Shown piece after piece: positions 45,713 to 52,645 of a stretch of DNA of 64,000 bases. Below the pieces are notes generated by a model. It saw only the letters and a list, made by a program, of their open reading frames with translations. It was not told where the DNA came from and made no database searches. Made by a program: the position numbers and the translations under genes. How positions within the stretch are numbered: position 1 is the stretch's first letter; each line of letters opens with the position of its first letter. Source of the DNA: a virus; the IMG/VR virus record IMGVR_UViG_3300049729_000039; one strand, 5' to 3'.

Positions 45713-46012
45713 ATGAACATTCAAATCGGTGATTACATCGCAAAACCATGCGAAGGGAACCTGCAAAGGTTTGATCTTTTTAAAAAGACAGTAACAACTA
45801 AGAAAACAGGCGAAAAAGTAGATTCCGAAACCAATGAGGGATATGGAATGTCGCTCGAAAACATTGTTCAAAGAATAATGATGAGCAATTTATCCGAAAA
45901 TAAATCAACAGTAGGATTGAATGAGTTTATCATTGAATACAAAAAGGAATATGGAAAGATAATGAGTATTTTTGATCTCAATAAAACACAGAAACCTTCT
46001 CCTTCTGAATAA
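45713..46012 (+). CDS. Hypothetical protein, paralog of 34941..35207
   Basis: MNIQIGDYIAKP...RFDLFK...NEGYGMSLENIVQRIMMSNLSENKSTVGLNEFIIEYKKE. Confidence 0.6.
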   Translation: MNIQIGDYIAKPCEGNLQRFDLFKKTVTTKKTGEKVDSETNEGYGMSLENIVQRIMMSNLSENKSTVGLNEFIIEYKKEYGKIMSIFDLNKTQKPSPSE

Positions 46013-46028
46013 GTTGAAATAAATATTA

Positions 46029-46060
46029 TTTGCATTCATTCTAAATAATAACTATCTTTG
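46029..46060 (+). promoter_or_regulatory. Bacteroidota-type promoter (TTTG-N20-TATCTTTG)
   Basis: The spacer contains the half-motif cattctaaataat. The ATG at 46064 is 3 nt downstream, so the mRNA may be leaderless. Confidence 0.55.
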
Positions 46061-46063
46061 AAT

Positions 46064-46600
46064 ATGGAACTTATTGAACTTGGAGAAAACCTTGTTGTAG
46101 ATAAATCTAAATACAGCAAAGCAGTAAAAGAACTCAATAAGTTTCTTAAAGATTATGGATTGAGCAAAACTAATTTGCATTCATCTATATTTAGGTATGC
46201 GAAAATAAAATACGGTATTTTATTGAATGGAAAATCTGAGCTAGAATATCAGATATGGTTTGTTAATAAATTTCAGATAACCAAAAGAACAGAGGTAAAA
46301 ATACAAAAGCACAAATTTGTAAGCAACTTTACTCCACCGAGTAGAAAATTGGAATATTGGGAATTTTTACAAACTTCATATTGGTTTGGTATTAAAGATT
46401 TAGTTCTCAGGAGAGACAAACACAAGTGTATTGCTTGCGGATCAAAGAAATCATTACAAGTGCATCACAAGGTCTATACTCACCGATTTTCAGAACATAA
46501 ACACTTAGATGACTTAGAAACATTATGCGGAGATTGCCATAAATTCGTTCATAGTATAGATGAAAAACAAATGATAGAACAACATTTGAACTCAATCTAA
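46064..46600 (+). CDS. HNH endonuclease (free-standing)
   Basis: CIACGSKKSLQVHHKVY...HLDDLETLCGDCHKFVH. ATG at 46064; the track start at 46058 is TTG. Confidence 0.75.
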   Translation: MELIELGENLVVDKSKYSKAVKELNKFLKDYGLSKTNLHSSIFRYAKIKYGILLNGKSELEYQIWFVNKFQITKRTEVKIQKHKFVSNFTPPSRKLEYWEFLQTSYWFGIKDLVLRRDKHKCIACGSKKSLQVHHKVYTHRFSEHKHLDDLETLCGDCHKFVHSIDEKQMIEQHLNSI

Positions 46601-46632
46601 AATTCCTTATTTTTATTTAGTATAAATAAACC

Positions 46633-46663
46633 TTGCATTAAATTCTAAATAGATTTATCTTTG
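46633..46663 (+). promoter_or_regulatory. Bacteroidota-type promoter (TTG-N20-TATCTTTG) with a 120-nt leader
   Basis: cTTGcattaaattctaaatagattTATCTTTG. The leader holds a degenerate palindrome copy (tttagaataagactaaatta, about 46707-46726). Confidence 0.6.
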
Positions 46664-46783
46664 TAAATTAAATACGGAGTGGCGTAGTTTTGCGCTCAAT
46701 TCCTTATTTAGAATAAGACTAAATTAAAATAACAATCTGTTTGACTGTCCCACTCGGAAGCTAAACACAAAAAACCTAAAAAT

Positions 46784-47938
46784 ATGGCACATATCGACGA
46801 CCTTTTAAACGACGTAAAACCCGGTGACATCGCAGAAGATGTAAGACCTGATAATATAGTAAACACACCTGCCGATCCACCACAGGTAGAGCCGCCCGCA
46901 GATGATACACCTGCCGATCCACCTGTAAGTGACGAAGTGGTAAGTTGGTTTAAGTCACAAGGTATTGAAGGAACCACACGTGAAGATTTTATCCCTCATA
47001 TTGAAAAGGCAAAGAACTTTGACCAAGAGGTCAACAAATACAAACCTTTAGAGACAGAGGTACAGACGCTAAAACAGCGTGAAGCCGACATGGCTGAAAA
47101 GATGAACGCATTGAAAGACCTTGCAGACCCTCTCAAAATATTTGGTTCGGAAGACGAATACAAAGCTGCACTATTAAAGAAACAACACCCCGAACTCGAC
47201 CCTAACTCTTTGATGCAGGTAATGACCAAAGAATTAAGTGCCGACCCCAGACAGGTGTTAAAGTTACAGTTCAAGTTAAATAACCCAGAGTTCAGCGATA
47301 GCCAGATTGAGGGACATCTAGCAAAGAAATATGGGTTTGAAGACTTTGAATCAGATTTTAACGACATTGAACCCCAAGATCAAGTCAATATAAAGATAGC
47401 AGAGAAAGAAGCACGTAAGGAATTCAACACCCTAAAGGAAGGGGTAAAAGTTCCAGAGGTGATTGACATCGACGCTTATCTAGGCAACAAAAAAATCCAG
47501 ACGAAGGAAAGTCTGGAGACGCTACAGAACGCATGGGAACCGCTTGTGAAGACCATACCCGGGCAGTTAGACAAAGTAGTCATTTCCGAAGGCGAGAATA
47601 CTATCTTTGAATTTGCTATCGACGAGGACTTCAAGAAAGGCGTGACGGAGAACATTGGCAACACCAAGCAATGGCTAATCAGTCAGGGCTTAGAACCCAA
47701 TGCAGAGAACACCAAGCAGACAGTACAGAATCTGAAGGATTACTATTTACACCAAAATTTGGTTAAAATAATGAATGCTTACTCTTCACAGAAGGTTGTG
47801 GAGGCTGAGATCGCATTTAAAAAAGGAATAGATAATCCAACGCCAGCTAATACAAGGTCTACTCAACGTGTTTCCCCAGAAGCGCAGTCCGAAGAGAAGT
47901 TCTATGATAATGTTTTGGCAGACATCAAGGGTAAATAA
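46784..47938 (+). CDS. Scaffolding-like protein (acidic, helical)
   Basis: 384 aa, rich in E/D/K with coiled-coil character, immediately upstream of the capsid-like gene. Positional inference. Confidence 0.45.
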   Translation: MAHIDDLLNDVKPGDIAEDVRPDNIVNTPADPPQVEPPADDTPADPPVSDEVVSWFKSQGIEGTTREDFIPHIEKAKNFDQEVNKYKPLETEVQTLKQREADMAEKMNALKDLADPLKIFGSEDEYKAALLKKQHPELDPNSLMQVMTKELSADPRQVLKLQFKLNNPEFSDSQIEGHLAKKYGFEDFESDFNDIEPQDQVNIKIAEKEARKEFNTLKEGVKVPEVIDIDAYLGNKKIQTKESLETLQNAWEPLVKTIPGQLDKVVISEGENTIFEFAIDEDFKKGVTENIGNTKQWLISQGLEPNAENTKQTVQNLKDYYLHQNLVKIMNAYSSQKVVEAEIAFKKGIDNPTPANTRSTQRVSPEAQSEEKFYDNVLADIKGK

Positions 47939-47969
47939 CATATTTATTTACTAAAAAACATATAAGTTA

Positions 47970-49424
47970 ATGGCAACAAATAACTTAGTCACTGGAGGAG
48001 CGAATACTTCCCAGATAATGAGTTTAAGGGACTTCCAAAAGAGACCCGATATTACCGACGAGCTTCACAAGCTCTACGGAAAGGGATATGAGCTGATTAA
48101 TTTATTTCATAACTCCCCCGGACGTGTTGAAGTCATGTCAAATGAATCCTGTTCCGGTGAAGAAGAAAACTTCACATGGAGAACACTAAAACTGGGTGCT
48201 ACCATTACTAAGGTAACCACCGTAGTTTATACTATCACTCTTGATGCAGCCGAACTCGACGATCAGAACAACTTCTTCCCACGTGTGGGATTCTCTGTAA
48301 TGATAGGTAACACTATCACAGGATTTACGGAATGCCGTATCGACTCTATCGACGTCACTACTCCTGCTACACCCGTCTTGACTATCAAGTCATACAGCTC
48401 AACAGCTCCTACATTGGATGCTCAGGTATCAGCCGGAAACCTTGTCACAGGTATCGAGTTACCTATCACAGCATCTGCTTTTGCCGTTGGAACACATGGT
48501 ACTACTCCTACCAACCTCGGTTCGGTACAACGTACGTTCTATGCTCAGATTATGAAAGAAGCTTTAGGATTTGACGGTATGGCTATGGCACAGATGAAAT
48601 GGCAGACATACAACGAAGGCACTAAGTTCTTCAACAAGGAAATCACCCGTGGTGAGTTTATGCTAGAGATACAACAGGAACAAGCCTGTGTCTTTGGTCA
48701 GCTTAACACCGAAAACCTCACACAGACCTCAGTCATGAGTGGTGCTGCCGGACTTATCGGTAAGACACAGGGTATCTGGGACTGGATCGACCAGTTGGGT
48801 GGTGACATCCGTATAGGTGCTAGTGGTGTAGGTATCGACGACCTTACCTCTGTAGAAGGTTATATGGTACAAAAAGGTTTACAAGACACAGTAGTTGCTT
48901 GTTATGGTGGTTACTCTGCTTTATCTAAGCTGATGGCTAATTCCAACGCTAAGATACAGGGAACTTCTGGTGGTTTGGCAGGTACTCCCTATGTACAATC
49001 TGTTGCTGATAAACTCTATGGTGGCGACACTAAGATGATTAACTTCAACTTGCAGTACATCAAGATGAGTCACATCACTTTTGTACTCATTCCTTCTCCG
49101 CTATTCTCTAACCCTACTATGATGGGTACTGCTAACACTAAGTTGGATGACGCTATCATGTTCATCCCTTTAAATCAAGAAGCAGTGACTATCGACAGGA
49201 AAAAGGTAACTGTACCGAACTTGCGTAAACGTTACGTAGGATTAGGTGCTTACTCTCGTGAACGTATCTGCGGTATGTTGGCCGGTATGGACGGATATAT
49301 GAATCAGACAATGCGCTATCCAATTATAACAGACGTTGACGGTTCAAACGTACACTGGACTTCACATACAGCTTATGAGTTATACGGTGCATTTAGGGGA
49401 GTATTAGCAACCAGAAGTTCGTAG
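47970..49424 (+). CDS. Putative major capsid protein
   Basis: 484 aa. It follows the scaffold-like gene and is followed by the strongest terminator in the window, typical of a highly expressed MCP gene. No motif-level proof. Confidence 0.5.
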   Translation: MATNNLVTGGANTSQIMSLRDFQKRPDITDELHKLYGKGYELINLFHNSPGRVEVMSNESCSGEEENFTWRTLKLGATITKVTTVVYTITLDAAELDDQNNFFPRVGFSVMIGNTITGFTECRIDSIDVTTPATPVLTIKSYSSTAPTLDAQVSAGNLVTGIELPITASAFAVGTHGTTPTNLGSVQRTFYAQIMKEALGFDGMAMAQMKWQTYNEGTKFFNKEITRGEFMLEIQQEQACVFGQLNTENLTQTSVMSGAAGLIGKTQGIWDWIDQLGGDIRIGASGVGIDDLTSVEGYMVQKGLQDTVVACYGGYSALSKLMANSNAKIQGTSGGLAGTPYVQSVADKLYGGDTKMINFNLQYIKMSHITFVLIPSPLFSNPTMMGTANTKLDDAIMFIPLNQEAVTIDRKKVTVPNLRKRYVGLGAYSRERICGMLAGMDGYMNQTMRYPIITDVDGSNVHWTSHTAYELYGAFRGVLATRSS

Positions 49425-49451
49425 TCTAAAAATAAATTTGCATATCTAAAG

Positions 49452-49484
49452 AGTAGGGGTGTAAAATCCCCTACTTATTTTATT
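49452..49484 (+). terminator. Rho-independent terminator after the capsid-like gene
   Basis: agtagggg-tgtaaaat-cccctact followed by tattttatt. Confidence 0.75.
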
Positions 49485-49531
49485 AACCTGTCGTTTATCG
49501 CATTCCGATAAATTACACAAAACCTAAAGTT

Positions 49532-50611
49532 ATGATTGACATTGATGGCGAAAGAGTAAAACTCGATGCCAAGTACAAAGGAACAGACGAATTGTTGGTA
49601 GCTTTTGCAAAGGCACTGACGCAGATCAACAACCACTTCGACAGGTATCCATCTTTCAGACTTAAATGGGCTGAGAAATATACCAATAAGAACAAAGCCA
49701 CAGGCAAACTGGAACCAAAGGCAGCAGCTATCGTACGTTTTGAATCAGAGATTAATATAGGTATGGGAAACCATGTCGTTAACTACTATGAGAACAAACG
49801 AGTAAAAGACAACGAGACTATCTACGTCCCACACAGCGAGCTGTTCGATGGTAACATGATCTTTACTCGCAAAGACACCGAAAGACTTGCTTACTACCTG
49901 GTCTGTGAGCCACGTCTTAAGAGCGGGATGATGCTTATCGAAAACATCGAGGAAGATGCTTCGAAACTGGCAGTAACCAGAGGCCAGAATGCAGACCTGT
50001 TGTTCTATATTTACTCTGATGCTTCACCACTCGACGAAGCAAGAATGAGGGTTATTGCGTACAACTGGGGTATTGACATAACCAAATTTGCAACGCTTGA
50101 GTTGCTTAAAAACCAGTTGTATAATACCATTACCGCTGAAGAAGGTAGGAAACTGGGAGTTGCTATTGCAGAGTTCAAAAAACAAACAATGGGGCTTACG
50201 GACGAAATGAAGGCTGTTTCCCTTGTTTCGCAGGGTGTTTACAAAAAACTAATCGAGTTCAATCACGCTGAATCAGCATGGTTCTGGAAGGGCGACAAAG
50301 ATGAACCTATCTTAAGAATCCCAGTGAACGAGCGAAGTGATGAAATGCAGATTCGTAAACGTCTTGCTTCGTTTTTAATCGCTTCTAAAAAGCTATATCT
50401 ATTGCAGGAAGCATTAGGTATCACAGAGGACGAGGATATGAATGAAACATCTATTGACGTCAAACTGGATAAGTTTACGGACTTTGAGAAGTTGTCATGG
50501 GTTGAATTGAAACGTGCTTTGAAAAAAGGAAATGTAGCGTTTGATAAAACAGACAAGATGCCGAGACTTATTGAACTCTGTAAAGAAGCGTTTGGAAACG
50601 TGGAACCTTAA
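49532..50611 (+). CDS. Hypothetical head-module protein
   Basis: 359-aa ATG ORF. Confidence 0.55.
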   Translation: MIDIDGERVKLDAKYKGTDELLVAFAKALTQINNHFDRYPSFRLKWAEKYTNKNKATGKLEPKAAAIVRFESEINIGMGNHVVNYYENKRVKDNETIYVPHSELFDGNMIFTRKDTERLAYYLVCEPRLKSGMMLIENIEEDASKLAVTRGQNADLLFYIYSDASPLDEARMRVIAYNWGIDITKFATLELLKNQLYNTITAEEGRKLGVAIAEFKKQTMGLTDEMKAVSLVSQGVYKKLIEFNHAESAWFWKGDKDEPILRIPVNERSDEMQIRKRLASFLIASKKLYLLQEALGITEDEDMNETSIDVKLDKFTDFEKLSWVELKRALKKGNVAFDKTDKMPRLIELCKEAFGNVEP

Positions 50612-50631
50612 TTAGAATCGTTCTAAATTAC
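50612..50631 (+). promoter_or_regulatory. Conserved palindromic 20-mer, copy D
   Basis: ttagaatcgttctaaattac, starting at the nucleotide after the stop codon. Confidence 0.65.
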
Positions 50632-50650
50632 TGAGATACACCAATTAAAC

Positions 50651-50681
50651 TTGCATATTAGGTTTGGTTGGTGTATTTTTG
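50651..50681 (+). promoter_or_regulatory. Bacteroidota-type promoter (TTG-N20-TATTTTTG)
   Basis: cTTGcatattaggtttggttggtgTATTTTTG, 18 nt before the ATG at 50700. Confidence 0.6.
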
Positions 50682-50699
50682 TGTTAAAATATAAACGAT

Positions 50700-50930
50700 A
50701 TGAAAGCACAAGAAGCATACGAAAGAACAATTAATAGTGAGCTAAATACGGTTTACCTTGAAATACAGGATGCAATAAACGATGGATGTCTGAAACTTTT
50801 AACTAATAGACTATCAAAACAAACTGTGAATAGGCTATTATTAGAGGGGTATGATGTAACAAAAGATAAAACTCCATCTGGTAAAAAACTATCATTGGTA
50901 GATTGGGATATGAATAAAAGAATTGATTAG
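50700..50930 (+). CDS. Hypothetical protein
   Basis: 76-aa ATG ORF. Confidence 0.5.
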   Translation: MKAQEAYERTINSELNTVYLEIQDAINDGCLKLLTNRLSKQTVNRLLLEGYDVTKDKTPSGKKLSLVDWDMNKRID

Positions 50931-50946
50931 ATTGATTCTAAATTAC
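50927..50946 (+). promoter_or_regulatory. Conserved palindromic 20-mer, copy E
   Basis: ttagattgattctaaattac, overlapping the stop codon. Confidence 0.6.
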
Positions 50947-50955
50947 ACCCAATAC

Positions 50956-50986
50956 TTGCATTGACTAAAAAATTGTCATACATTTG
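50956..50986 (+). promoter_or_regulatory. Bacteroidota-type promoter (TTG-N20-TACATTTG) driving the RNA locus
   Basis: cTTGcattgactaaaaaattgtcaTACATTTG. No ORF follows. Confidence 0.6.
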
Positions 50987-51085
50987 TATCGTATTCCACA
51001 CGTGGAAAAACGCTAGTCTCCCATCAGACCGTAAATATTGGATAAACCGATCTGATTTGATGCCCATCTATTCGGGTCGGTAAAT

Positions 51086-51159
51086 GGGTCACTAGCTCAG
51101 TTGGTAGAGCATCTGTTTTGCAAGCAGAGGGTCTTGAGTTCGAATCTCAAGTGTATCCA
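51086..51159 (+). tRNA. tRNA-Ala(UGC)-like, with a 1-nt bulge in the acceptor stem
   Basis: D-arm is GCTC-AGTTGGTA-GAGC. Anticodon arm is TCTGT-TTTGCAA-GCAGA (anticodon TGC at 51119-51121). T-arm is TTGAG-TTCGAAT-CTCAA. The acceptor pairs GGGTCAC with GTG(T)ATCC and keeps G3-U70 and A73. No CCA is encoded. Confidence 0.6.
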
Positions 51160-51490
51160 CAAATAAGTTCTTTAAAATACTAAATCATTCAGCCAGCGGG
51201 GAGACCTATCCTAGTGTTATATCGATCAATGGCTAGGGGATTCGTAGTATTTATTATTACGACGCAGGCTGAATGATTAAAATATTGGTAATATTCGTGC
51301 GGTGGCAGACACTTATCGAATTGGTTACACACCTAACATAAGGTCTCGTAGGTGGTGAATAAGGTCAAACGGTGGACGGTTGGTGAGACAAAGCGTCCGA
51401 AGTCATAATAACTGATCAGATTGTGATGGGATTCCGAATAAATGTAACTTGAATATTACCAACGTTCTTTAAAATAATAGTAGTGAGATT

Positions 51491-51534
51491 ATCGACTATG
51501 ATGTAAGACGACGGTTCGAATCCGTCATACTCCA
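51491..51534 (+). ncRNA. Candidate acceptor piece of a permuted tmRNA-like RNA (T-arm + 3' acceptor strand)
   Basis: GAC-GACGG-TTCGAAT-CCGTC-ATACTCC-A. No matching 5' acceptor strand lies upstream, but a perfect one lies downstream at 51596-51602. Confidence 0.4.
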
Positions 51535-51595
51535 CTCAACTCATTGGCTGTGAGAGTGATAAGATTGATTAATGATCGCTTATCACAAATTATTC

Positions 51596-51757
51596 GGGGT
51601 ATTAAGGCTTTTCGATTGCATTAAAGAGGGTAACATAAAGAAGCTACTATCGCCTAAACGGCAAATCAATACAATTAAACCAAGAATTAGAAATGGCTGC
51701 ATAGTCGTTTCATTCGGTTAAGAGAGGTAAGTTAGACTTGCTTCTCTTTTCTTTTTT
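51596..51757 (+). ncRNA. Candidate coding piece of a permuted tmRNA-like RNA
   Basis: GGGGTAT pairs with ATACTCC over 7 bp, including G3-U70. It is followed by TAAGGCTTTTCGAT (compare tmRNA GGnUUYGAC), then a short frame GGC...ATG GCT GCA TAG (51660-51704) ending in Ala-Ala, then a terminator. Confidence 0.4.
51720..51757 (+). terminator. Rho-independent terminator closing the RNA locus
   Basis: agagaggtaag-ttaga-cttgcttctct (11 bp including two G-U pairs), followed by tttcttttttg. Confidence 0.7.
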
Positions 51758-51768
51758 GTCTATCTTTG
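51738..51768 (+). promoter_or_regulatory. Bacteroidota-type promoter (TTG-N20-TATCTTTG) of the tail operon
   Basis: The TTG sits inside the terminator's 3' arm and TATCTTTG is at 51761-51768. A 121-nt leader precedes the ATG at 51890. Confidence 0.6.
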
Positions 51769-51889
51769 TAGGAGATTGGGTGGTGTGAGAAAAAACTGTA
51801 ATCAGGTGAGACGGAACCTGACATTAAACAAAAAACGCTTCAGCGCAGAAGTGCGGAAGCAACCACCACCCGATCTTAACTTATAAGAT

Positions 51890-52645
51890 ATGATTGATAG
51901 GCACGTTTTCGAGAAGCAGTACATGGATCTGGACACTGATGGGCGCAACTTACCCCTCAATGCCACGAGGGAGGTGTATAACATGCGCAGTTCAAACACT
52001 TCATCCAACGGAAAAGGGTGTATGGAAGCGGTTAAAAGCAACGTAGACATCACCACACTCGATTTAAACGTTGGTCATCCTGGGTCTGTTCCTACCGTCA
52101 CCTATTACAATTCTACTCAATCACAGACGTTCGTTCGTAACAACTGCGGGTCTGGATACTCTGGAAGCACAGTTACCTATACAGTCCCCTACGCTACATA
52201 TTCGTCTACGATAAGTCAAATAGCAGCAGACCAGATGGCACTTGATGATATATCAGCAAACGGACAAAACAACGCCAACTCAACAGGAACCTGTACCATT
52301 ATTCCTAGTGGGACACTGAGTGCATATTTCATCAAAGGTGATGGAGCACCCGGTGGTTATCTTAAAATATCCAAGAACGGAACGCTGATAATCGACATCG
52401 AAAGATACACTGGTTCTGATTCGTTCTCGATAACCGACGGTGATGCAATACATATCGAAGCGTGTTCAGCAACAAGTTCGGGAGTAGGTAACTCTATCAG
52501 TGTAGGAATCTACTCTTCTGTAAGCGGAGAACTGTGGTCTACGACACTTTCAGGATATAATCAAGTAATCACACACGACTACACATATCACACGGCAGAC
52601 GGTACCATTTCAGTCCAGTGCGGTGTTCCAATATTATACTCATGA
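51890..52645 (+). CDS. Tail/virion protein with a Cys-flanked SQ..A....A module
   Basis: 251-aa ATG ORF. RNNCGSGYSGSTVTYTVPYATYSSTISQIAADQMALDDISANGQNNANSTGTC resembles a module I recall from Bacteroidota surface/phage proteins. Unverified. Confidence 0.55.
   Translation: MIDRHVFEKQYMDLDTDGRNLPLNATREVYNMRSSNTSSNGKGCMEAVKSNVDITTLDLNVGHPGSVPTVTYYNSTQSQTFVRNNCGSGYSGSTVTYTVPYATYSSTISQIAADQMALDDISANGQNNANSTGTCTIIPSGTLSAYFIKGDGAPGGYLKISKNGTLIIDIERYTGSDSFSITDGDAIHIEACSATSSGVGNSISVGIYSSVSGELWSTTLSGYNQVITHDYTYHTADGTISVQCGVPILYS

Larger units (their letters stand above)
50993..51757 (+). ncRNA. About 0.77-kb ORF-free transcription unit encoding structured RNAs (tRNA-like + long-range helices + tmRNA-like parts)
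   Basis: A promoter at 50956-50986 and a terminator at 51720-51757 frame the unit. Two perfect 12-bp helices pair 51183-51194 with 51267-51278 and 51285-51296 with 51451-51462. Confidence 0.6.

Noticed and set aside
50992-51160. Two DnaA-box-like 9-mers (TATTCCACA near 50992, TATCCACA near 51153) as a replication origin
   Set aside because: There are only two imperfect boxes. One is part of a hairpin at the 5' end of the RNA unit and the other is the 3' end of the tRNA-like gene. There is no box cluster and no AT-rich unwinding element.
51802-52056. Minus-strand ORF (84 aa) overlapping the leader and start of the tail operon
   Set aside because: It is antisense to a promoter-equipped + strand gene (51890..52645), has no expression signals of its own, and is isolated on its strand. 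It is most likely a shadow ORF.
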